Origin: Candidatus Latescibacterota bacterium
Lineage (GTDB): Bacteria; Latescibacterota; UBA2968; UBA8231
Length of the DNA stretch: 64,000 nt
Direction of reading: 5' to 3'
Assembly: GCA_965208105.1 (NCBI GenBank)
Contig: OZ242318.1
Span: 4,192,001-4,256,000, forward strand
Shown here: in pieces, positions 18,928 through 27,269 of the stretch
Numbering within the stretch: position 1 is the stretch's first letter
Layout: each line of letters starts with the position of its first letter
The notes under the pieces: model-generated
Told to the model about the DNA's origin: nothing
The model's input: only the letters and a program-made list of their open reading frames with translations
Database searches by the model: none
Program-made: the position numbers and the translations under genes

Positions 18928-20094
18928 TCAGGCGCGGTTGGCGCCGTAGGCCGCCTTGAACAAGGCGCCCCTCTCGAAACGGTTCAGATTGAAGCGCGAG
19001 ATGTCGATGGGAGGAGATCCCGAAAGGATCTCCGCGGCCATTAGTTCGCCGATGGCCGGGCCGATCTTGAAGCCGTGTCCGCTGAACCCGGCGCACAGGT
19101 AAAATCCGTCGACTGCCTCCGCCCTGCCCAGAATCGGGTGCCAGTCCGGGGTAACATCGTAGAGCCCGGTGTAGGAATTCAGCGCGAGGGCATCGGCAAA
19201 GACCGGCCAGCGCTCCCGGAAGCGCCTCCCGGTTTCCTCGATGAACTCGGCGTCGACCTCCTGGTTGTAACCATCCGCCTCGACGTACTCGTATTCCTTG
19301 GGAAAACCGCGTCCGACAAGGGTTCGCGCCGCCCCTTCGGGGCGATAGTAGATCGCCTTGGCCATGTCCGAGAAGCAGAGCCGGGGCGGCCCCCCGCCTC
19401 CCGCGGTCTGGTAGACGATCTCCTCCTCCCGGGTGACCCGGATGGGCACGGCGACCCCCGCCCACGCGCCAACCCGCGCTGCCCATGGACCGGCGGCGTT
19501 GACCACGACCCTGGTTGAAATATCTCCCTTGCCGGTGCGCACGGCCGCAATGGCGCCACCTTCGACAACAATCCCCTCCACGGCCGTAAGCTGCATCAGG
19601 CGGCCGCCCAATTCAGCGAACCGCTTCACGAAGGCATGGGTGCTCAGACGAGGATCGGCGTAGCCGGAATGTGGCTCGTAGACAATGCGGTGGACATCCA
19701 TCAGGTCAATCCGGCCTTCAAGTTCCTTGAGGTCCTCGCGGCTGATCTCCTCCACCTCCACTCCGAGCCGTCGTCCCATCTCCAGGTTTCTGCTCAAGCC
19801 CTCGGAGACCTCCTCGGGAACGAGGAATGCCCAACCGGTGTTGACAAAACCAGGATCTCCACCCACCACATCGTCAAAGTTTCGGAATACGTCGACGCTG
19901 CGTTTGACCATGCGCACCAGTTCCTCGTTGGAGTAGTGCTGGCGAATAATGGCGGCGGACCGTCCCGTCCCCCCGGAGGCGATGAGCTGCTTCTCGAGGA
20001 GCACGACGTCCTTCACCCCCGCCCTTTGCAGGTTGTAAGCTGTCGCAGCTCCGTTGATTCCCGCGCCTATGACCACAACGTCCGCAGTTTGCAT
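18928..20094 (-). CDS. FAD-dependent oxidoreductase (DAO/sarcosine oxidase beta-like)
   Basis: VVVIGAGING, GGTGRSAAIIRQHY, VNAAGPW, YDVTPDWHPILG, GFSGHGFKIGPAIG. Confidence 0.9.
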   Translation of the reverse strand: MQTADVVVIGAGINGAATAYNLQRAGVKDVVLLEKQLIASGGTGRSAAIIRQHYSNEELVRMVKRSVDVFRNFDDVVGGDPGFVNTGWAFLVPEEVSEGLSRNLEMGRRLGVEVEEISREDLKELEGRIDLMDVHRIVYEPHSGYADPRLSTHAFVKRFAELGGRLMQLTAVEGIVVEGGAIAAVRTGKGDISTRVVVNAAGPWAARVGAWAGVAVPIRVTREEEIVYQTAGGGGPPRLCFSDMAKAIYYRPEGAARTLVGRGFPKEYEYVEADGYNQEVDAEFIEETGRRFRERWPVFADALALNSYTGLYDVTPDWHPILGRAEAVDGFYLCAGFSGHGFKIGPAIGELMAAEILSGSPPIDISRFNLNRFERGALFKAAYGANRA

Positions 20095-20171
20095 TTTTCT
20101 CTCCACGAATTTCTAAGTTTCTCAGTCCATGACCCGACGGAGGTTGACCGCGAGTTGGTTCGAACCGGCCC

Positions 20172-22202
20172 TCACCACCAGTGCACGCGATGTCCCGCCG
20201 TGGGAAACCAGATCATGTCCACGACCGTGGACAGAACCACACCCACCACGTAGCCGATTCCCAATCCATAAAAAAAGGGCTTTCCGGCCAGATACGCCTT
20301 CACTCCGCCATAGCGCAGAAGGACCACCTTGATGGCGAAGGCGATGAAGAAATTGATCCAGTACCACCAGGTCGCGTGGGTGTATTGAAAGATCAACCCG
20401 ATGGGATGGATGGGAAACCAGTGAAAGCGGGCGCGCAAAAAGGAGATTCCGGCGGCCTCCAGGAACCCTCCCCACCACAGCGACCACTTGTACAGGTTGG
20501 GCGTGGTGGGGTTGGTGATCAGGTAGGTGATACCGTCGTAAAAAACGGCTGTCCTGCCGCCCACGTAAAGGGTCCCCCCCTCGTCGTAGGCCAGATCGAG
20601 CATGGCCCAGGCCGCCGCCGCGAATCCCACGGGGAATGCAACGAACACAACCGCCGTCACCCACCGGGGTTGGCGCGGCAGGGAAAAAATGCGCAGATGA
20701 TGCGCCATTGCCGGCCACGCCGGGATGGTGAACGGCCCGAAGAAGGCGAAGCTGGTGAGCACTTTGAAGGGGACCAGGCGTTGCGGCGGTATGTAGATCG
20801 AGCCGATTAGCTCCAGAAAGAAGGACTCCCCCTTGAGGTAGGGACGATTGGGATAGATGTAGGCGCAGCCGCTGGCCGCAACCAGCTTGACCGCGACGAA
20901 GTAGGCCAGCACCATCAGCCCGAACATGCCAAGGGCCAGCCACAGGCTCACCCCGAGATGCAGGGCCCAGCCGATCACGTAGGCGGCCGATCCCAACATG
21001 CCGGCCACGGCCCAGCGGTAGCGCCGTACATCCTGCGGGTCTCCCTCTCCGTGCCGCACCTGCTCCCACACCTGGCGGAGATGACGCCGCGCCACCCACA
21101 CCGACCAGAGGAATACGAAGACCATTGCTCCGTGGCTCTCGGTATTGAGGATCATCTGGGGCTCGGAAAAGCGGTTGTTGGCGTTTACCCCGGTGAAGCC
21201 CAGGCTGGGGGTGCCGAAGCGCCGCATCAGAACCATCTTGAACTCGGCCAGCCAGTGGAAGAGCACCATGCTGCCGAGGATGTCCACCGGGCACAGGTAG
21301 ATCACCATCAGCATCAGCGGCATTACGCGGATGAATCCCGACACCAGTCCATTGCCGAATTCGTAATGGTAGTAAGTCCAGAACAGGTCGAAGGAGGGAA
21401 GGCCGGGGGTGAAATAGGTGGTGACGTTATAGAGCAGCGGAAGGAAAACGGCCCCGAATCCTGCCCAGAACAGGCGCGAAAAGAAGATGTCCGGCATGCG
21501 CCTCCGGCCGTCGAAGCCCTGGGTCATGTCCATGGGCATCTGGGCCAGGGGGAAGGTGAGCTTTTCCGCTACCATCCACTGGCGCTGAAACACGATCAGC
21601 AGGCAGAAGCCGAAGGCCACCACCGCCATGGACACCCCCAGCCAATTGAAAATCTGAAGCACCCAGCCGTCCCAGGGCAGGCCCATACCCTCGGGCAGAC
21701 CATACCAGAAGGCGTCGGTGATCCGTCTCGTAGCAGGGGGAAAGGCGTGCCAGGGCACGAAGTTGAAAAATGTTTCCGCCCACTGGTTCTCGGGAGTGGC
21801 AAAGTGGGTCGGGCCCGTCAGGGTGGCGACCCAGGAGTTCATCCAGGAGGGAATGGTCGCCACTACCCATGTCATCGAGAAAAGGGTCAGCAGTTCTCCC
21901 CGGCTCAATGCCAGGCGGGGCCATACCGACTTGATGCCCACATTGAGCAATAGCCACATGGCGAAGGGCATGAACGCGGCGATGGGGTACTGCGACTGCA
22001 CGTAGGTGCCCGATCCCTGGCGCTGGGCGATCTGGATGATGTAGTAGAACATCGCCGCGATGGTCAGCGCTCCCAGCACCACGGCGCGCAGGGTGATCAA
22101 CGGCGAATCTTCACCATCGCGCTCAATTTGGTCGCAATCAGAGAATCGACCTGGAGTAGATCCCTGAGGATTTTCAGTTGCTCTATGGTGGGGAAGGGGC
22201 AT
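20172..22202 (-). CDS. DUF6785/DUF6784-type polytopic membrane protein (putative transporter)
   Basis: TLRAVVLG, LSRGELL, QRQWMVAEKLTFPLAQMP, RFHWFPIHPIG, KVVLLRYGG..Y...KPFFYGLGIG; many TM segments; start uncertain. Confidence 0.75.
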   Translation of the reverse strand: MPLPHHRATENPQGSTPGRFSDCDQIERDGEDSPLITLRAVVLGALTIAAMFYYIIQIAQRQGSGTYVQSQYPIAAFMPFAMWLLLNVGIKSVWPRLALSRGELLTLFSMTWVVATIPSWMNSWVATLTGPTHFATPENQWAETFFNFVPWHAFPPATRRITDAFWYGLPEGMGLPWDGWVLQIFNWLGVSMAVVAFGFCLLIVFQRQWMVAEKLTFPLAQMPMDMTQGFDGRRRMPDIFFSRLFWAGFGAVFLPLLYNVTTYFTPGLPSFDLFWTYYHYEFGNGLVSGFIRVMPLMLMVIYLCPVDILGSMVLFHWLAEFKMVLMRRFGTPSLGFTGVNANNRFSEPQMILNTESHGAMVFVFLWSVWVARRHLRQVWEQVRHGEGDPQDVRRYRWAVAGMLGSAAYVIGWALHLGVSLWLALGMFGLMVLAYFVAVKLVAASGCAYIYPNRPYLKGESFFLELIGSIYIPPQRLVPFKVLTSFAFFGPFTIPAWPAMAHHLRIFSLPRQPRWVTAVVFVAFPVGFAAAAWAMLDLAYDEGGTLYVGGRTAVFYDGITYLITNPTTPNLYKWSLWWGGFLEAAGISFLRARFHWFPIHPIGLIFQYTHATWWYWINFFIAFAIKVVLLRYGGVKAYLAGKPFFYGLGIGYVVGVVLSTVVDMIWFPTAGHRVHWW

Positions 22203-22281
22203 TGAGAGAGGGGGTCTATTCTAGGAGCAGTGCCGAGCCGAGGCGCATTGGCCTCTGTGTCGATAGGGTGGGCTGAACGCA

Positions 22282-22317
22282 AGTAGAGGGATGGATTTTG
22301 CAATCCATCCCTCTACT
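22282..22317 (-). terminator. 16-bp perfect hairpin downstream of secreted gene copy A
   Basis: AGTAGAGGGATGGATT-TTGC-AATCCATCCCTCTACT lies about 28 nt after the stop; the U-tract is weak. Confidence 0.65.
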
Positions 22318-22345
22318 CATGAAGCTGCGAAGCTGGTGATCGAGC

Positions 22346-24298
22346 TTACTTCAGCAGGGTCATCGAATGCGTGGCGGAAAAATCGCCGGCCTGCATGCGA
22401 TAGAAGTAGACTCCGCTCGACACCTGCGAGCCGGCCTGGTCAAGCGCGTTCCAGGTTGTCCGGTAGGTCCCCGCGCTCAACTCCTCGCCCACCAGGCTGG
22501 CCACGGTTTGGCCCACCGCGTTGAACACGTCGATTTCCACGAAGCCCTCGGCGGGCACGTTGAACTCGATGGTGGTCTCGGGATTGAAGGGGTTGGGATA
22601 GGCCGCACCCAGCGAGTAGCTGTCAGGTGTGCCAGCGCTCTCCACCTCTTCCACCGCGGTCATGTCCAGCCTGCCGCTGACCAGATCGTAGGGAATGTGG
22701 AAGAACATGGCCGCCCCGAACTTCTGCCCCTCGATGCGCTCGAAGGTGTGCCGGGTGATGTCGTAGCTGGAATCCCAGTACATGCCGTCCCACGGCCCGC
22801 GCTGACCGGCGTTGGGGCCGTCCCAAGTCGAGCTGCTGCCGATGGTGGAGCGGTCGTGGTCGATGATGTTGATGAAGGTCGACAGCGAGATGACGAGCGG
22901 GCCGACGATCGCCGGATCGGCGAAGATGTTGAAGATCCCCGCGCCGTCGCGGCCGGTGGTCCCGTAGTTGACGCCCAGGGCGTTGTGCCGCGGGCTGAAG
23001 TAGGCGGCTTTGCCGCTGAGATCGGCGTTGTAGCGGATGGGATAGGACGCGTCCACCGTCATGCCCGTCTCCGCCGCCAGCTCGTAGGTCACCCGGTCGC
23101 CCACCAGGTCGCCGTTGCGGTTGACCCAGATGGTGTTGCCGTCGTGGTCGATCTTGATGAGGTTGGGCGAGAGCCAGCCGGACAGGTAGATGCCATCCTC
23201 GTGGACGGACAGGTTGCCCGGTCCGCTGGCGCTGGCCACCTCGTTGCCCTCGTCGTCGACGCTGAAGTTGGTGAACCACTCGGCTATGTCGAGGGACTTG
23301 GTCACCTCGCCGGAGCCCTTGTCCCAGAACTCCACCGAACTGGCCGGCACGTCGGCGCGGCTCCAGTTGGCCGCCACCAGGTTGTTATTCCAGACCTCCA
23401 TCTGCATGATGCCGATGCCGGGGGCGCCGATGGGCGCCAGGCCGTTTTCGGCCCAATCCGTGTCGGCCTCGAAGGTCTGGGCGGCGCGGTTGATGGTCAT
23501 GCGATAACAGCCGGCGCCCTCGTCCGAGCGATGGGTGGTGTAGTAGATGTCCTGCTTATCAGGGTCCGGGTCGCCGCGCATGCCGCCCAGGGTCCGCGCC
23601 CCTTCGAAGTCGGTGACGCTGTTGGCGTCCCAGCGATCCCAAGCGTTGGGGTTGGCGATGAAGTCGGTGCCCAGGACAGAACGGCCGATGTCGCCGGAGC
23701 GGTGGCCGCCCCAGTCGGGCGCGTCGCGGTCGTACTCACCCATCCACACCTCGTTGGTGCGCAGATCGATCCAGGGATCGGCGAAGCCCGTGATCGGGGC
23801 GATGCCCGCCACGGACAAGTCCTCGAGAATGTTCAGACCGATGAGATCGAACTCGAAGGGTCCGGCGCCGGCGGCGTTGCCTTCCCAGTCGTTGCCGTCC
23901 CAGGTGATCACGTTGTTGCCGGCCTCGAAGTCCTGGCCTGCGGTGGAGGCGACGAACAGGGCGGGGCCGGGCTGCAGGCGCAGCCAAGCCTCGAAGGGTC
24001 CTCGCGCACCGGTCGTTGCCTTGGCTCCGTCGCTGGCGTCGTAGACGGCCAGCCACACGCGGGCGCGCTGGTTGAGACTGAAGGGTATGTCCACCGAACC
24101 CCCGCTGTAGCCAACGTCACCGGTACTCATGATGAGTGTATTCACCGCACCGGACTTGACGATGGGAGCCCAGAGGGAGGGATCCATGTTGTCAAAGGAC
24201 GGCTGGGCGGGAAGACCGGTCAACTCTTCGGCCTCCACGGAACCCAGGGCCAAGACAGCAACGGCTACTCCAAAAAGAGTTGCTCGTACTATTCGCAT
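22346..24298 (-). CDS. Secreted acidic beta-rich protein with C-terminal FlgD-Ig/secretion-sorting domain, copy A
   Basis: Signal peptide MRIVRATLFGVAVAVLALGSVEA; N-terminal FlgD-like AGNNVITWDGND; C-terminal AYPNPFNPETTIEF...SSGVYFYRM...SMTLLK; RBS GAGGAG. Confidence 0.85.
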   Translation of the reverse strand: MRIVRATLFGVAVAVLALGSVEAEELTGLPAQPSFDNMDPSLWAPIVKSGAVNTLIMSTGDVGYSGGSVDIPFSLNQRARVWLAVYDASDGAKATTGARGPFEAWLRLQPGPALFVASTAGQDFEAGNNVITWDGNDWEGNAAGAGPFEFDLIGLNILEDLSVAGIAPITGFADPWIDLRTNEVWMGEYDRDAPDWGGHRSGDIGRSVLGTDFIANPNAWDRWDANSVTDFEGARTLGGMRGDPDPDKQDIYYTTHRSDEGAGCYRMTINRAAQTFEADTDWAENGLAPIGAPGIGIMQMEVWNNNLVAANWSRADVPASSVEFWDKGSGEVTKSLDIAEWFTNFSVDDEGNEVASASGPGNLSVHEDGIYLSGWLSPNLIKIDHDGNTIWVNRNGDLVGDRVTYELAAETGMTVDASYPIRYNADLSGKAAYFSPRHNALGVNYGTTGRDGAGIFNIFADPAIVGPLVISLSTFINIIDHDRSTIGSSSTWDGPNAGQRGPWDGMYWDSSYDITRHTFERIEGQKFGAAMFFHIPYDLVSGRLDMTAVEEVESAGTPDSYSLGAAYPNPFNPETTIEFNVPAEGFVEIDVFNAVGQTVASLVGEELSAGTYRTTWNALDQAGSQVSSGVYFYRMQAGDFSATHSMTLLK

Positions 24299-24331
24299 TT
24301 GGTTCTTCTCCTCTTTGGTTAGAATGATTAT

Positions 24332-24442
24332 GAGATGCAAGGAATACATCTCACGACGAAAGAAATGTAAGAATTAATAGAACATTTTCTACAACGGTCA
24401 GGTGATACTGGCTTTCACCTCCTTTCAAACCAAGAGACCTGA
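24332..24442 (-). ncRNA. Candidate structured cis-regulatory 5' leader (two hairpins), copy A
   Basis: Hairpin 24398-24442 has loop GAAAGGAGGTGA; hairpin 24332-24352 is GAGATGTA-TTCCT-TGCATCTC. Both are conserved in copy B while the spacers diverge. Confidence 0.5.
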
Positions 24443-24495
24443 GGTAGAATTAAACTCAAGTTATTATTAAAGTTACTATATGGTGCAATATGCAA

Positions 24496-24522
24496 TATTG
24501 CCATTATTGCCATTATTGCCAT
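24496..24522. repeat. Three tandem copies of TATTGCCAT
   Basis: Read directly from the sequence; absent from the paralogous leader. Confidence 0.9.
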
Positions 24523-24539
24523 TATTATATATAACTCCA

Positions 24540-24570
24540 ATTAAATACAAAAATTCCATTTGAATGTCAA
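24540..24570 (-). promoter_or_regulatory. Putative sigma70-type promoter of copy A
   Basis: TTGACA at 24570-24565, then TATTTA (17-nt spacer) or TTTAAT (19-nt spacer). Confidence 0.5.
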
Positions 24571-24649
24571 GTTTTAAATCCATTTAGCGATAGAGGGTTA
24601 CAGCCTGTTGGAAAAATGAATTGGCCTGCGGAATGGTGGCCTGAACGCA

Positions 24650-24685
24650 AGTAGAGGGATGGATTTTGCAATCCATCCCTCTACT
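24650..24685 (-). terminator. 16-bp perfect hairpin downstream of secreted gene copy B
   Basis: Identical to 22282..22317. Confidence 0.65.
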
Positions 24686-24713
24686 CATGAAGCTGCGAAG
24701 CTGGTGATCGAGC

Positions 24714-26666
24714 TTACTTCAGCAGGGTCATCGAATGCGTGGCCGAGAAATCGCCGGCCTGCATGCGATAGAAGTAGACCCCGCTCGACACCTGCGAGCC
24801 GGCCTGGTCAAGCGCGTTCCAGGTTGTCCGGTAGGACCCGGCGCTCAACTCCTCGCCCACCAGGCTGGCCACGGTCTGGCCCACCGCGTTGAACACGTCG
24901 ATTTCCACGAAGCCCTCGGCGGGCACGTTGAACTCGATGGTGGTTTCGGGATTGAAGGGGTTGGGATAGGCCGCACCCAGCGAGTAGCTGTCAGGTGTGC
25001 CGGCGCTCTCCACCTCTTCCACCGCGGTCATGTCCAGCCTGCCGCTGGCCAGATCGTAGGGAATGTGGAGGAACATGCCGGCGCCGAACTTCTGGCCCTC
25101 GATGCGCTCGAAGGTGTGCCGGGTGATGTCGTAGCCGGTTCCCCAGTACATGCCGTCCCACGGCCCGCGCTGACCAGGGTTGGGGCCGTTCCAGGTGGTG
25201 CTGCTGCCGATGGAGGAACGGTCGCGGTCGATGATGTTGATGAAGGTCGACGACGAAATGGGGAGCGGGCCGACGATCGCCGGGTCGGCGAAGATGTTGA
25301 AGATCCCCGCGCCGTCGCGGCCAGTGGCCCCGTAGTTGACGCCCAGGGCGTTGTGCCGCGGGCTGAAGTAGGAGACCTTGCCGCTGAGGTCGGCGTTGTA
25401 GCGGATGGGATAGGACGCGTCCACCGTCATGCCCGTCTCCGCCGCCAGCTCGTAGGTCACCCGGTCGCCCACCAGGTCGCCGTTGCGGTTGACCCAGATG
25501 GTGTTGCCGTCGTGGTCGATCTTGATGAGGTTGGGCGAGAGCCAGCCGGACAGGTAGATGCCATCCTCGTGGACGGACAGGTTGCCCGGTCCGCTGGCGC
25601 TGGCCACCTCGTTGCCCTCGTCGTCGATGCTGAAGTTGGTGAACCACTCGGCTATGTCGAGGGACTTGGTCACCTCGCCGGAGCCCTTGTCCCAGAACTC
25701 CACCGAGCTGGCCGGCACGTCGGCGCGGCTCCAGTTGGCCGCCACCAGGTTGTTATTCCAGACCTCCATCTGCATGATGCCGATGCCGGGGGCGCCGATG
25801 GGCGCCAGGCCGTTTTCGGCCCAATCCGTGTCGGCCTCGAAGGTCTTGGCGGCGTGGTTGACGGTCATGCGGTAGCAGCCGGCGCCCTCGTCCGAGCGGT
25901 GGGTGGTGTAGAAGATCTCCAGCTTGTCGGGGTCGGGATCGCCGCGTATGCCGCCCAGGGTCCGCGCCCCTTCGAAGTCGGTGACGCTGTTGGCGTCGTA
26001 GCGCTCCCAGGCGTTGGGGTTGGCGATGAAGTCGGTGCCCAGGATAGCCCGGGCGATATCGCCGGAGCGGTGGCCGCCCCAGTCGGGCGCGTCGCGGTCG
26101 TACTCACCCATCCACACCTCGTTGGTGCGCAGGTCGATCCAGGGATCGGCAAAGCCCGTGATCGTGGCGATGCCCGCCACGGTGGCGTCCTCGAGAATGT
26201 TAATGGCCACGAGATCGAACTCGAAGGGGCCGGCGCCGGCGGCGTTGCCTTCCCAGTCGTTGCCATCCCAGGTGATCACGTTGTTGCCGGCCTCGAAGTC
26301 CTCACCGGCGTTGGAAGCGACGAACAGGGCGGGTCCGGGCTGCAGGCGCAGCCAAGCCTCGAAGGGGCCGCGTGCACCGGTAAATCCCTTGGCTGCGTCG
26401 CTGGCGTCGTAGACGGCCAGCCACACGCGGGCGCGCTGGTTGAGACTGAAGGGAATGTCCACCGAACCCCCGCTGTAAGCCACGTCACCGGTACTCATGA
26501 CGAGGGGATTCACCGCACCGGACTTGACGATGGGCGCCCAAATAGAAGGGTCTTCCCTGTCAAAGGCCGGCTGGGCGGGCAGACCGGTCAACTCCTCGGC
26601 CCCCACGGCACCCAGTGCCAAAACGGCCATCGCTACTCCGAATAGCGTTGTGCGTACCATTCGCAT
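24714..26666 (-). CDS. Secreted acidic beta-rich protein with C-terminal FlgD-Ig/secretion-sorting domain, copy B
   Basis: Colinear 650-aa paralog of copy A, roughly 90% identical by eye. Confidence 0.85.
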   Translation of the reverse strand: MRMVRTTLFGVAMAVLALGAVGAEELTGLPAQPAFDREDPSIWAPIVKSGAVNPLVMSTGDVAYSGGSVDIPFSLNQRARVWLAVYDASDAAKGFTGARGPFEAWLRLQPGPALFVASNAGEDFEAGNNVITWDGNDWEGNAAGAGPFEFDLVAINILEDATVAGIATITGFADPWIDLRTNEVWMGEYDRDAPDWGGHRSGDIARAILGTDFIANPNAWERYDANSVTDFEGARTLGGIRGDPDPDKLEIFYTTHRSDEGAGCYRMTVNHAAKTFEADTDWAENGLAPIGAPGIGIMQMEVWNNNLVAANWSRADVPASSVEFWDKGSGEVTKSLDIAEWFTNFSIDDEGNEVASASGPGNLSVHEDGIYLSGWLSPNLIKIDHDGNTIWVNRNGDLVGDRVTYELAAETGMTVDASYPIRYNADLSGKVSYFSPRHNALGVNYGATGRDGAGIFNIFADPAIVGPLPISSSTFINIIDRDRSSIGSSTTWNGPNPGQRGPWDGMYWGTGYDITRHTFERIEGQKFGAGMFLHIPYDLASGRLDMTAVEEVESAGTPDSYSLGAAYPNPFNPETTIEFNVPAEGFVEIDVFNAVGQTVASLVGEELSAGSYRTTWNALDQAGSQVSSGVYFYRMQAGDFSATHSMTLLK

Positions 26667-26700
26667 CTGATTCTTCTCCTCTGTTGGTAGGAATGATTAC

Positions 26701-26798
26701 GAGATGCAAGGAATACATCTCACGACGAAAGAACAAACAATTTTTTAAAACCGTCAGGTGATGCTGGCTTTTACCTCCTTTCAAACCAAGAGACCTGA
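26701..26798 (-). ncRNA. Candidate structured cis-regulatory 5' leader, copy B
   Basis: 26754-26798 matches 24398-24442 at 43/45 nt; 26701-26733 is identical to 24332-24364. Confidence 0.5.
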
Positions 26799-26827
26799 AG
26801 TAAAGTAAAGCCATAATATGACTCCAA

Positions 26828-26856
26828 ATTAAAAAAAAATTCTATTTGTATGTCAA
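26828..26856 (-). promoter_or_regulatory. Putative sigma70-type promoter of copy B
   Basis: TTGACA-N17-TTTAAT in an AT-rich tract. Confidence 0.65.
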
Positions 26857-27269
26857 GTTTTAAATCCGTTCAGGGCAACCGGTTGGAAGAATAAATTGCC
26901 CTGCGGAATTGTGGCCTGCACGCGGGGAATGGATGAAGTGCAGCTACAGGTCGAGTGTTGCCTGCTTTCACTTCCTTCCCGACCAGGTAACCTGGGGCCA
27001 TCCATGAACTGTCAGGTCCAGGATTGTCGTGAGGCGAATACAGCTCCGCCTGTCAATAATTTTATTTTCATCCAATTCAAGTTAATTCAATGCAGCGTAA
27101 ACAATTAACAACATTGACGCGGGGGGATTTGGATGGGGTTCTTCCCTCCGGTTGATAGGTGCCATAGCGGGCAATTTGATTTTACCCGCTTTTTCCACTA
27201 GGATTATGGGCCGGAACGGCAATCACCGGCCAGCAAGGCCTTCCTCCATCCGAAAAAGACAAGGACGAA

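Larger units (their letters stand above)
22268..26923. repeat. Tandem duplication of a ~2.3-2.4 kb unit (promoter, leader, CDS, terminator)
   Basis: Stops, starts and terminators are offset by 2368 bp. Junction motif GTGG(G/C)CTG(A/C)ACGC at 22268, 24636 and 26911. Confidence 0.9.

Noticed and set aside
24598-24617. CAGCCTGTTGGAAAAA resembling the MITE end near the duplication junction
   Set aside because: Too short and degenerate, with no partner TIR found.
22282-24685. Two identical 36-bp palindromes resembling CRISPR repeats
   Set aside because: They are 2.4 kb apart, each follows a stop codon inside the tandem duplication, and there are no spacers or cas genes.
22346-26666. Near-identical paralogs as a DGR template/variable pair
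   Set aside because: Both are full genes, the differences do not look adenine-specific, and no reverse transcriptase is present in the window.
26560-26814. 84-aa ORF MALLYFRSLG spanning leader B
   Set aside because: It overlaps the main CDS out of frame and has no equivalent in copy A.
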